From assembly GCA_951804945.1 (NCBI GenBank), contig OX638154.1, positions 9,610,001 to 9,674,000 of the forward strand: a DNA stretch of 64,000 bases, written 5' to 3'. Below the pieces are notes generated by a model. That model ran no database searches. It was not told the DNA's origin and saw only the letters and a list, made by a program, of their open reading frames with translations. Position numbers and translations under genes: made by a program. Below, one piece after another: positions 12,181 to 24,090 of this stretch. The DNA comes from Podarcis cretensis (Eukaryota). Position 1 is the first letter of the stretch. Each line of letters opens with the position of its first letter.

Positions 12181-15100
12181 ATTAAATTCAAAAAGTTCAG
12201 CTATTTGACTATGCTTGAATTTATTTGTTTCTTAACAGCAAACAATATACAATCATACCCTGCTTTACGAGAGTAGGATGGAAAGGAGAATTTCAGATTA
12301 CTTAAACATGCTGTTCAGTACACAACTTCAACATTAAAAACACAGCTATAAAACCAAATCTGTATTGCCATAATTATGTATATGTGTCTATTGCGATAAC
12401 ATTTTTGATGCAGCATTTTAATGCAGATCAGTAGGGAATTCACTTACTCTGTCATTCTGAAAGTATGATGGTGTCATACATTACTTCTTATTACAAAACC
12501 AATCCAGAAATCCGATGGATGAACCTTCTGCCACCTACTGGGCAGGAGAGAGATTAAAGTTTCTTAAATTTTGTTGTTCTTAGTTGATTCTGACTGTCTA
12601 GAATCAGAACACTGATGATAGGATTTAAAACTAACATCTCATTTCAACACACCATCTGCTTTTCCTTTGCAGTTGAGAAAAATGAAATTGATAGATTTAC
12701 TGGCCACAATGAAAGCTTTAATGTACTTCTGACTTCAAAACACAATTTCATTGTAGCTTTTATTTCTCTCTGTAAAAACTAGAATATTAATGAGTCACTG
12801 GGAGTTGAAAATGTTTTGTCAGTGGAAAGCTGTGAAAGAAAAAGCAATAATGAAATTAGGGGAAGTATATATGACAAGCCCTTATAAAAATAACATCTTA
12901 CTAACACACCACCTATCTGATTGGGTTGCACCTGCCACTCTGGGTGGCTGGGTCCATAAGCAAAAGAGGAATTCAAAAAGAAATTCTAGCAATGAAATGG
13001 TTAAATCAGTATATAGTTGGTCCTGCTTTAAGCTGCTTTTTCTAATAAGTCAGGACTAGTCTTTAATACTCTCCTCAGCCCTTCCTTTCCATTATAGTTG
13101 GTTTTAAAGTGCTAGAATGCTTTAACATCACATTGATCTATACTGAGGTCAAGAGTAGTGTCAGAGTGCTGTTGCAAACTCCATTTCTCAGGTAGTAGTA
13201 ATCAATTAAAAGTGCTTAAATTGAAGGAAGTAATTAGCAGTCTGGTGAGAAGAGAAAGGGGCTGGCAACATCTCAAGATACAGCCAGGATATTCTAAACA
13301 GTAGAGGAAGCATATCACTAATTTTTCTTCAAAATCAGCAGAACACGTTGAAGTTCAATGTTTTCTCATTGTAGAGCTTTTTCAGATGAGAATTGTTGAA
13401 AACCAGAGAGTAGTATTTATGGGACTAGAAAGACTACAAGAACTCTAATAATCCAGCCTTGTTAATTAGTGACTGAACTGCAAAAAACATTTACTCATGA
13501 GAGGGTTTCCGTTTATGAGTAAAAAGGCTAGTAAAAATGTAGGAGGCTGACAGAGGAGATATTTGTTGACAGCCTTCCAACACTGACAGCCCAGTTGATT
13601 TATATGCTAGGTGTACAACAAGGGACTGTGCCTCCTGTGCAAGCAATATAAAAGCCTGCTCTCTAGGTTCTGCTGCACTTCTGTGCTGGCAAAGGAGGAA
13701 GGGGCTTTCCTTTTCCCACAGCCAGGGTAGAAGCTAGTAAAATTGCAACAAATTGGTCTGGAGCGAATTTTGTGCCCTTGCCTATGTGGTATTCCTTATC
13801 ACCAGGGGCAGCCAGACAAGTGCTTATATATAAGAGTGTTCTAATCACTTGAGCATTTGTTCTGATCAGAGCAAGTCATATTTTGCGCCCTAGAGCATTT
13901 GCGAGATGTTCCATCCTGGGTAGGTGTAGGAAACTAAATACTAGCCTGGAATTAAAAAGATGATTATATAGAAGTAAGGGTTGTGTGCAGAATCAGGGGC
14001 AAGTTCTTACCTGAAGAAAATCTCTTGTGTGAGAGCAGTGACCCAGCTCGGTTAGCAGGTGTAATTCAACCATTTGGGGCTCTCATGTGTCTACCTCTTC
14101 AACTCTTTCTTCGCAATCAAATATAAAGGGAATGTAAAGTTCCTTCCTACTATATATGTTTTGAGTTTTTTATCATTAGCTTAAACTGGCTGAGTGACTA
14201 ATTGGAACTCTTCCTCCTCCCCTCCAAATAAAAGGGGTTCTCTGTGCTGATGTCTCATACTTCCAGTATTACAGACAAAGGAGCAGATCTGGACTGCTGC
14301 GTGGCTTCTGACTGTGCCTGAAAGCAGTGAATGGGAGCTGAAGATGCCCTCCGTGGAGCTACATCTTCAAGATCTGTGCAAGAGGACTTAAGCGGTGGGC
14401 TGCACCACATATTGCAGGGGAGGTGTATAAGCTGCAGAAACATCCACTTACCTGGGTTGGGTTTGGGAGTGTGTGAAGATTTTTCTTGTCCCACAGGCCA
14501 ACTGATGAGGTTCTAGATGTCCAAGGAAGGCATGCTAGACCTTGCCAGGACAGGTTTCCATTAGAGCTTGAGCACCAGGGCTTGCCAATTCAATGTCCAT
14601 TTGCAATTGGTGCCATCTTGGATGATTCAGAGGAAGAAAACCCTCCCTGAAAAGCAGCTATCCTTCCCTCCCTATAGTAGATCACTCCTGATAAGGCTGG
14701 TTAAAGTTCATCACACAGCATGTCACAATTACTCAGCTTAAGTTGAAAACAGGTTCATCACTAATCATTTCTAAAAGGCTATATCAAACACACATGAAGC
14801 AATGCCTTATATTTATTTTCTGTACAGCACTGAGTATAGACAGCATTAATTTTCCTTCAGTTCACCTTTTGTAAGGCTGGAGAAAATTAATTCACCCATA
14901 TCTAGAATATGATCATGGTTAAAATGCAGAGAAGCTGCCTTAATCAAGTTATACGAGTTCGAAACCTGATTGTAGGCAGCAGCAAACAGTTGCAGTTTAC
15001 ATTTGTTCCAAGTGGAGAGTAGTACAACTGAAAATAGTTTGATCCAACAAGCGGTCCTGGGTGACTTGAATTGGGCAAATGCTCATAGACTTTCCTTACT

Positions 15101-17690
15101 ATTACGAAGAAATCCTGACACAGATGAACAGCCTGTTCTAACACATGCGAGTCCAGAATCTGGGTTTAAAGCAAGCCTTGCTTTCAAGCCTGATTTGATG
15201 ACTCTCGAAAGGGGTGGGCAATGCAGTGTGTGTGTTTTTTTGGGGGGGGTAGATGCACTTTAGAAGGTGCTTAGTGGGTCCAGAAGGAGAACCAGGAACA
15301 AAAAATAATTGAGACATAATACAGATTTAAAAGCGTAACAGGAACTATCTTCCTCCAACCACAGACAGGAGGATTTGAGGCAGATTTTGGTGACACATCT
15401 AGGAACCAAAGATTCAGGGCTACATTAGGGTGCTTGAGCGTCTTTCAAGCATGGCTCTACATGCTGCTGATGCTCTGAAGTGTTGCATTCATCTCCCAAC
15501 AGTGAACATGCGGAGGCAACACTTGAGTTACAGTTTGTGGTAAGTAATATTGTGGAATGGCTGCAGCACCTGCTTATCTTTGCCATTTATACTAGTCAAC
15601 ATTATGGAAGTGCTTGGAATGGGTTTTGCTTTTTTGAGGGTTTAAAATACCCCTCCTACAAGCCTTCACACCCATCTTTTCCAATGTGAATGGGGGCTTG
15701 GGTACTTTTTTATTTACCTGGGGATTGTTCATTCCTACAAGAACATTCCACTTCCATTGTCTTAAATAGACTGGATGTTCTCTGTTAAAGAGAACATTAC
15801 ACACTCCATAGCACAGTTCTGTTATAGGGCTGCATATAAATATTTTCAGTGCATAATAAAAAGTTAGGAAAATCCAATGAATACTAGAACTGATTAGGCA
15901 TATGTGATTAGCATCATATGAAAATTACCTCAAGTTTGGCCCGTTGATAAGATGGTTTGTCTATGCAGTTACTAAGATCTTCCACACACTACTAGTGAAT
16001 TACTAGCTTAGCCTTCTATTTCAGTTTCCCTGTTCAGCAAAGGGGAAACATAGTAAATTCAGTAAAAAGCCATCTTGGCTTTTAGGGGAGTTGGAATGAG
16101 AGCAAACTTCTCCCCATTCTGACCATCTGGTTTCTTGAGAACAATAAGGCTTGCAGAGGTTTCCATCTACTTTTAGCCTTGCACAAATAGGCAACCCGAG
16201 AACAGCACACAAGATTCTCTTAAGCCACTCGCTGGGAAACATTAGATTATTGCAAATTGTGCCACACGGAGACTTGGCAGAAACTGCTTTCTCAAATCAA
16301 CCTAAGCGGAGCTTGCATTGACAATCCTCACGATGCTTACCAACTATCTCACTCATGATACTAAATCTTGCTTCTTGCCAGAAGATGCCACCTGAGCCCT
16401 GTTACTTCAGTTTACATTTCATGTGATACTAAGGGTGTTCAACTGGATCATGGGGTTGCTTTGCCCTATTTCAACCAGTTACTGAGGCAGCAATGTAATA
16501 ACAGGCTACCGGTGCAGTGGTTACCAAAGCATTTTGGCCCTAGCTTTATTACTGAAATTTTGCATTGTTGCTTGGTATCCAAATAATATGGGCAGCAAAG
16601 CATAATCATCTCAACAGAACTACTAACCGCCTGTGTTTTGCTGAAATGGTTTCAAATTGGTATTTCAGGTAGGGTATTCTTAGTGCACACAATTTCCCAA
16701 AATTTGGCAAGAACCTTCCCTGACAATGATTGCCATTTCACAAGGAGAAAATTAGATTCATGCCTTTGTTTTAGATGAGGTTTTTTTTTGTTTTTTTGTT
16801 TAATAAATTGCTCCTGGTTTCATCTGATGCAGATTATTAAGTTAGCCTTTTCAAAGATTTGGTTATTTTTTTGTAAGTAAAGTCAAATTTCTAAGTCAAA
16901 TGTAGGCGCTCTTTGAACTGAATCTGCAACAGTGGTAGTTCACTCAAAACTACTTCTGAAAGGTTAGCTTTTCTGAAATCATTAGAAAATTGTGCAGTAG
17001 AAGACAAGATGGGGAGTCATGTGTGGACTGGTAGGTGAGCTCTGAGGTGATCTATGCAAAGCAGCTCCATATACATACCACAACAGACACTTCTTTTCAT
17101 GAGGACTAGAAACTTGATTAAGCTGAAATTTCTAGAAATCTGAAAAATACGCTGGGTGTGATTTTGCGATTTTCATCCTTGCCGTGAATTAGTGTCACTG
17201 GGTAAACCTGGAAACCACATTTAATCTCATTATTACTATCATATCTAAATTGAATACTTTTTGAAGAAGCCATATATGATGAATAGGTATGCCAAGTTTT
17301 AGACTTGAGAAAGATTTAAATTATATGACCTTTCTGCACCCCCACCCCCACTCAGCCTTCCATATAATGTTTTAAAATCTCTGTTTACTGGCTCATATTT
17401 TTGTGGTATTCACTTACGAAAGATACATACGCTTTGTGATGATGGTATACAGAACCTGACTGTATATGGGCTTGCAAACAAAGGCTTAAGCATGTGTACC
17501 ACATTATGTGCCTACACAGATGATGTGCTTGGCACCCTCAACATAGTCATGTGTGCTATCCAGCAATTAAGGAAAGGTGGTGTGTTCTTTTCCCCTTATG
17601 GAAGTTACCAGACTACCAATGAAACTGCTAGGGATGTTTTGATATTTTAGTCAAAACAAAATATATATTTGATATGATATTTGATATTTT

Positions 17691-17911
17691 AGTCAAAACA
17701 AAATTTAAAAAATTCCTTCCAGTAGCACCTTAAAGACCAACTAAGTTAGTTCTTGGTATGAGCTTTTGTGTGCATGCACACTTCTTCAGAGTGTGCATGC
17801 ACACGAAAGCTCATACCAAGAACTAACTTAGTTGGTCTTTAAGGTGCTACTGGAAGGAATTTTTTTATTTTGTTTTGACTATGGCAGACCAACACGGCTA
17901 CCTATCTGTAA
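17691..17911. mobile_element. Penelope-like element remnant forming an inverted repeat with about 90-bp arms
   Basis: Arm 17691-17782 is almost the exact reverse complement of 17790-17881. Tail is ggcagaccaacacggctac. Flanked by ttgatattttag repeats; second copy at 50185. Confidence 0.75.
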
Positions 17912-18699
17912 TTGATATTTTAGGTAATTGGAGGGTAATTGCTGACCAGCCAACTGGCATTTCCAATATTGGAGCATTTAATGTTGCATTCATTAATGGA
18001 ACACACTGTTCAGTTGCTAACCATAGGATTTCAGATTCATTTGTGACTAGTTCCATCACTCCTTCTAAAGTGAAAGAAGATCCCCTCTGGGGAGTATTGA
18101 ATCACTTCCCAATGTCTCGGTATTGTCAGCATGAGCTTAGTGTAGAATTGTTAGCTTGTGGGAGAAAAGGACTTGATTACAACTACTTTCTCCTCTGCCA
18201 CCTAAATCCAAATTACATGAATATCCTAATATGGGCCCTGAACAAACAAGATTCCTACTGGCAGCTTACTCCTTTCAACAGAATGACCAACGTAGACTAA
18301 TTTTATGGCTGGACTTTCCAACATCTTATGGTGTCAACAAATGAGAACTGCAAACAACTAATAGGGGTACCAGAACTGCAGTACCAATTATGGCAAGGTG
18401 GGGAGTTTGTTAAACCTGTATGCATATGCCCCCATCTAGGGTCTGCCTGCACACTAAGGAATTGGCAGTCATTTTCTATTGAACGCCTCTTACAACTGAT
18501 GGAAGCAAGTTGGAACCTGTAGTTGCACACATCAAATTCTAATGCTAACCCAAATTTCATTGGGAAGGAGCAGATTTCCCTACCCAAATGCAACTTGATG
18601 AGCAAGTCTAAACTTCATATCCCATCAGTAAATCTACAATGAATGGGCTGAACAGGTTTCTCTTAGCCTCCTTTGCCTGCCTTCTTGTTGCCTTACCTA

Positions 18700-18868
18700 C
18701 CGTATTTTTCGCTCTATAACACGCACCCGACCATAACACGCACGTAGTTTTTAGAGGAGGAAAATCCGTAGGCATGCCACCCGTAGGCATTCCCTCCATA
18801 ACATGCACAGACATTTCCCCTTACTTTCTAGGAGGAAAAAAGTGAGTGTTATGGTGCAAAAAATACGG
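18700..18868. mobile_element. TcMar Tc2-like MITE (short variant)
   Basis: TA-CCGTATTTTTCGCTCTATAAC...GTTATGGTGCAAAAAATACGG-TA. Confidence 0.85.
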
Positions 18869-20005
18869 TAATTTACAGGACATCTAAACGTAACTCAGGT
18901 GTCCCATTTTTCCAGTGAGCATGTGCATATCAACAAATTGCAGTATGGGCTAATCTGGTCATGCTGCTTTAGTATATATGCAGCTATGTTTTTCTTTTGA
19001 AAAGTACTGGCAGGCAGACAAACCCCATGCCTGGGGGGGAGGGTGTAAAATAAACCAGTGTTGTATAATTGGAACTTAAAGGAGTGTGGTCTAAACTGAC
19101 TTAAATAAGATAATGGTACTGGAAAGAAGGTTAGTAGGATGTAACTGACAAACATACAGAACCGGGGGGAAGGGGGAACCTCTTGCCTTCTAAATGCTGC
19201 ATTACAGCTCCCATCCCTGACCATTTGTGATCCTGGCTGGGGCTGGTGGGAGTTTGGAAATGCCATATTTGAATGATCACAAGTTCCGCAGCACAGTATA
19301 GAAAGGGACCAAACTTAATACTAAGGAGTCAACAACATACAGCGATTTTTTTCAAAAAGCAAAACAAGAATGACAAAGCTGATTTAAAAATATTAAATGG
19401 CATATTTAAATTGGTTTTTCTTAAAAATCTAATGTGCTATTGATTTCTGCATCTTAATGTTTGTTGAATTGAAATAGTGATAATTAATCCTGTGCATATG
19501 CATTCCTGTAAGCTTCAACCCTATAAATACCCTATGCTCTAGCAAGTAGGCAGACCTCTCTTACCTATGTCTTTTATGTATATAACAGGTGCTACTACTT
19601 TTAAGAGATTGTTTTTACTGCATAATCAAGCCATATATTTAGATAAGCTGTATAAAACTTCTGCGACTTTTAAGATTCCCATCCAGCTGCAATCTTCAGT
19701 ATTAAGCCAAAAGCTAGCTACTGCCTACAGAACTGATGGTGGTGAGTGCATGCCTTGTGCAATAGCTATGAGTAGAATGCAATCACTTCCCTTTCCTATT
19801 TGACTCTAGAAATTCTATGCATTTCCTACCACCACCACCACATTCCTGAATAACATACATGCATGAGCTGTTTGTGGTTTTCTGGCTGTAATACTATACA
19901 TTTGCTTTCTTTGGGGAAAGTTGAACAAAACAGAAAAACCAAAACAGGAAAGTACTTCCTGCCTTTCTGGGGAGGGGGGGGAGTTTCAGCTCAAATGTTC
20001 TAGAC

Positions 20006-20142
20006 TAGGTGTGAGGAATGTTTGACCCTCCAGATGTTGCTGAACTACACATCTGATAAACTGCAGCAAGCACAGCCAATGGCCAAAGATGATGGGAGTT
20101 GTAGTTCAGCAACATCTGGAGAGCCAAAGGTTCTGACACCTG
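20006..20142. mobile_element. Palindromic hAT MITE
   Basis: ctccagatgttgctgaactaca...tgtagttcagcaacatctggag inverted arms; 8-bp flanks ttctagac/gtctagac. Confidence 0.75.
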
Positions 20143-21093
20143 GTCTAGACAGTGAGCTGTTTTTATGAGGGATTCTGCTATGTCGGAATGCCATCACACA
20201 GATCTGAACAAATGCAGGTCACTAAATGGCACTGCAAATGAATGCTGTGCCCAAGACAGCTTAAACTATCCCCTTTGATTTTATGCAGGCTCTCTTTGCT
20301 TGAGAACCGCATTTACAGCCACAATGGGATGGCTTTCAATTTTAGGTGAAATAGAATTCTGTCTTTTATATCAGCTAATTAAAGTTTCTGGTCACTTCCC
20401 CCTAAGCTATACCTTCAGCTGCATCAGTGCATTTTTCAACAAATGACATGTATAAAGATGAGTCTACTCAATATGAGCCTAGTTTTTGACTATATTCATA
20501 CAATCATGGCCATGTGTATGTTGCTGAGGCTAGACCCATGAAAAGTTGGCAAGAATTCCCTGACTCCCAAGTCGTACCGTTTGTCAGTTAACTCCACTTC
20601 CCCTCAGATGGATGTTTAACAGATGCACAAACAATTTTGATTTCCTATATGAGGGTGGTCCAACATGCAGCCCGGGGGTTGCATGCAGCCCTCAAGGCCA
20701 TTTTCGACAGCCTTTGGCAGTGTTCAGGACTTCTTAAAGTGACTCAAGTAGCTGGCTTTTTTTTTTCTTATTGCTGTGAGGCACACAAGAAAACAAACGG
20801 CAAAGGCGCTTGTCTCTCTCATCCCCTTCAAGGCCAAACGGGCCAGCCCTCCCCTGCTGTATCCTCTAACTTTGCCCAGGATTGCTCTGGACAACAAAAT
20901 AATGTATTAATGTGAGGGAGGTATTTTCCACACACTGATAATGAACAACTGGATATCTCCACATATATAAGGCTCAGTGAACTTAACAGCATTTGCTTAA
21001 GTCTTGCACTGCATTTTGACCACACATGGAGTTATAATCCTATTTTGCGGATCACAGCCTAGCACACTGATTCAGCGCATACTAACTCAGGAG

Positions 21094-21612
21094 CATAGCT
21101 GTCGACCATCCCTTATTTGGCGGGAAAGTCCCTTATCCCAGCACCGTGTCCCGCTGCTGTCCCTTATTGATGATGTCCCTTAAATTTCCCGGGTTTCAAA
21201 GGAAGCAGCTCCTCTCCCTCCCTACCTGCCAGCCAGGGAGGAGGGAGGCTCCACCTGTGTTGCTTGGCTGCATTGCTCACCCAATAAGGAGTCTAAGAAT
21301 GACTGGGGGGTGGAGCTTGCATGCCTTGTGCCGCTCAATTCGGCCATGTTGCCTGGGGACTCGCCTTTGCTCAGCGCTTCCCAGCAGAGAGGGGATGGTT
21401 TTCCTTTTTGCATCCCCTTTGTCGGGTTGCTGCGCTGTGGGAACCACTGCTTGAGGCTTCGTTTGGCTGCTGGCTGGGCTTTCTGCCTTTGGCTCGGAGG
21501 GGCTCAGAAGGTGAACATACCTGTGCTGGGAAAATCCCTTATTTTGGCTGCTGATCCCTTATTTTCAAGGCTGCTGGCCCCTTATTTTCAAATCTGTAAG
21601 TTGACAGCTATG
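21094..21612. mobile_element. Non-autonomous hAT element with subterminal TCCCTTAT repeats
   Basis: TIRs CATAGCTGTCGAC / GTTGACAGCTATG; flanks ctcaggag / ctcaaggag; repeated (T)CCCTTAT motifs at both ends. Confidence 0.8.
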
Positions 21613-23964
21613 CTCAAGGAGTAGGTCCCATTATGCTTATACTTAAATATACTAATGGTGTATATTAAATAATATTAGCTATATTGCAAATACTTAAGTA
21701 ACAATATAAAATTTTGATTCACTCTGGAGCCTCTGGTTTCTGTGTCAAAGTACTCTTGCCGCACACTTTGGGAGGTTGGACCACTCTGTCCCATATTATG
21801 GACTAGAGTAATCCATGCAGACTTGTGGAGTGGAATGTGAATTGTACAGTTAATATAAGTAATTGTCTAGATTTGTGTTAGTCTGGTGTAATAGCCTTCT
21901 GTATTAAGATTTGCTACAATTTTGATCTAAGAAAATTTTATTTGGGTTGGTGGCTATGGAAAAGGTCAGTCCTGCACTTCTTCCTACTGCTCAGTTCAGT
22001 AAACTCCACAGCAGACCCCTGCTTGGTATAATGTGCACCTGAATGATATTTTTTCATACTTTCGACTTGATTTGTGGCATACTTGCCCAAAAGAATGGTC
22101 ACCACTTAGTATTCAACTTACGAAGACCACTAAAACCATGTGTCAGTAGAAGTGATTTTACAAAAGCAGCTGCAAGTAACAGTTATTGGAATTTGTGAAT
22201 ATAATTCCCATAATTCTGCATACGGTGATCAGCCGCCTTTGAGCATTTGCAGGCAAACACTGTAAACTACTTTGCCCCAAAATGTCTAGATGGAGCTGTT
22301 TAGTTGGTATGAAGATGTGGACACTGGCTAGGATAGGATGGAGTCCCCCTTACAGTAGCAGCTAGCCGTGTCTCCAGGTAGCTGCTTAGTCGGGCACTTG
22401 GGGAGCTACCGATACGATTGTCATGCAGCTACTGTGCTATCGCTGTTGATATTCCCTCTTCACCTTCAAGGCCTCAAAGCTTCCTGCCCACAAACAACAG
22501 ATCAGGGCTGACATCTGTTGCAGCCGTTTTCTCTGCGCCCCTGCCCTGGACTGCAGCTCTGCAATTATACTTGTTTTCAAAGCCCCCGGCCCCCATTTCA
22601 CGAATGGGAGCACAACAAGCCTGCAGGCAATTTGAGACCCCATCTGTTCTGAAGTGTTTTTCTCGTGTGTGGCGCCTGAGGATACAGCTTATTTGTTTTT
22701 CTCTGTCCCGCTCTTATCCTCCAAGACACAAAATATGTACGTTGCTGTGGCAATGCACAAGTATGGGCAGTAACAGGAGAAAAGAAGGCAGAAAAATCAG
22801 GCCAAGTACGCATGTTGGGATTTTATGTTTGGCTGTCTATAGTCTGCTCTCGAATCAGGTATCCTTTCTCAGTATTTGCTCATCTGTTGCTCTTGGGTTC
22901 TTAGGCAATTTTATCTCCCTAAAGCTGGATCCCTGCCTCCGGTAGTGTTTTTCTTGCCCTTTCCTTATATGGGGCCTTCAGGGGTCTCCTGGTCAAGAGA
23001 CTAAAAAGGTTTACATCATCTTCACTTAAGCAATTCTGCATCAGGCGATTCCAGACCACACACTTCAGCCCTCATTCTTAAAATGTAGCATTGGCGTTAC
23101 TTTCAGGGGAAGGGTTTGGTACTACATAAAAACACAGTAAAACTAGTACGGGCCCTTGTATTCACAGATTGCAAGAATTTCTCAACACATCTTGACAGGC
23201 TGGGTGGGTGGGTGGTTTTTTATGATGAAATACATGTGCTTCAGAATTGTTAATGCCAAATAACCCCCGGGACCTTATGAAGAAAGGCAGGCAAGAAATT
23301 GAATTAATACCTTACTTTGTATGCATAAGCAGGGAAGCCCATAGTGTGTTGTCACTCTGTGGCTGCTGTAAATTCCTCACAACTCTTCCACCCGTCACAG
23401 CCAGAAGGGACGTTGCTGGCATGGTCAGTTACCTGGAGGTTAAAATGAAAGAGTGAAAAACTAGGTTCTTAGTTACTTCAACTCCCAATTGCTTTGGTAG
23501 ATTTGTTTATGCTACAGCTGAAGAAAACAGAAAGCTTGCTACTGTGCGGCAAATGCCTCCTGTTGTGTCTAATCATTTGCATAGTGGCTTTTGCAGATAT
23601 GCCAGTATTTTTCAGGCTGTCAGTGTTCAACTGCTAAAATGGAAAAAATAAGAAGAGGTTAGATCCTGTTAACTTTTCAGATGTAAAACCAACAACTTAA
23701 ACTAAATGCAAGTTTCAGTAGCAAAAAAGTACCATAGCCATTTGAAAAAAAAATTAAAGTCTTAATCCTGCATTTCCTGAGAGAACTTACTGCAGCCCTT
23801 GGGAGACTCTGTGTCTCTTCTATAAGAGAACACTCGTTACACAAAAGAGCATTTCAGGATCTTTTGTTTATAAGAAGGCAAGCTGAAAAGCATTTCCTGA
23901 AGGTGATCTATTTTTCCTATATATGGTTCATCTAACATTTTCTGTATATGTTTTATAACTTGGC

Positions 23965-24090
23965 ATCACAGAGCTGCAGAGTTGGAAGGGACCTCAAGGG
24001 TCATCTAGTCCAACCCCCTGCAGTGCAGGAATCCTGATCATAGCTGTCCCTTGGTTGGCTCAAACCACCAACCTTCTGGCTGGCAACCAC
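23965..24090 (-). mobile_element. SINE-like element with CR1-derived tail
   Basis: CR1 3'-UTR sequence (gagttggaagggacc...tctagtccaaccccctgca) joined to an antisense B-box-like GGTGGTTTGAGCC. Confidence 0.55.

Noticed and set aside
14255-15263. Short ORFs and coding-looking sequence in the large intron (nested gene?)
   Set aside because: No recognisable domain and no consistent exon chain on either strand.
22418-22945. 175-aa ORF
   Set aside because: Non-ATG start, atypical composition and no homology I recognise.
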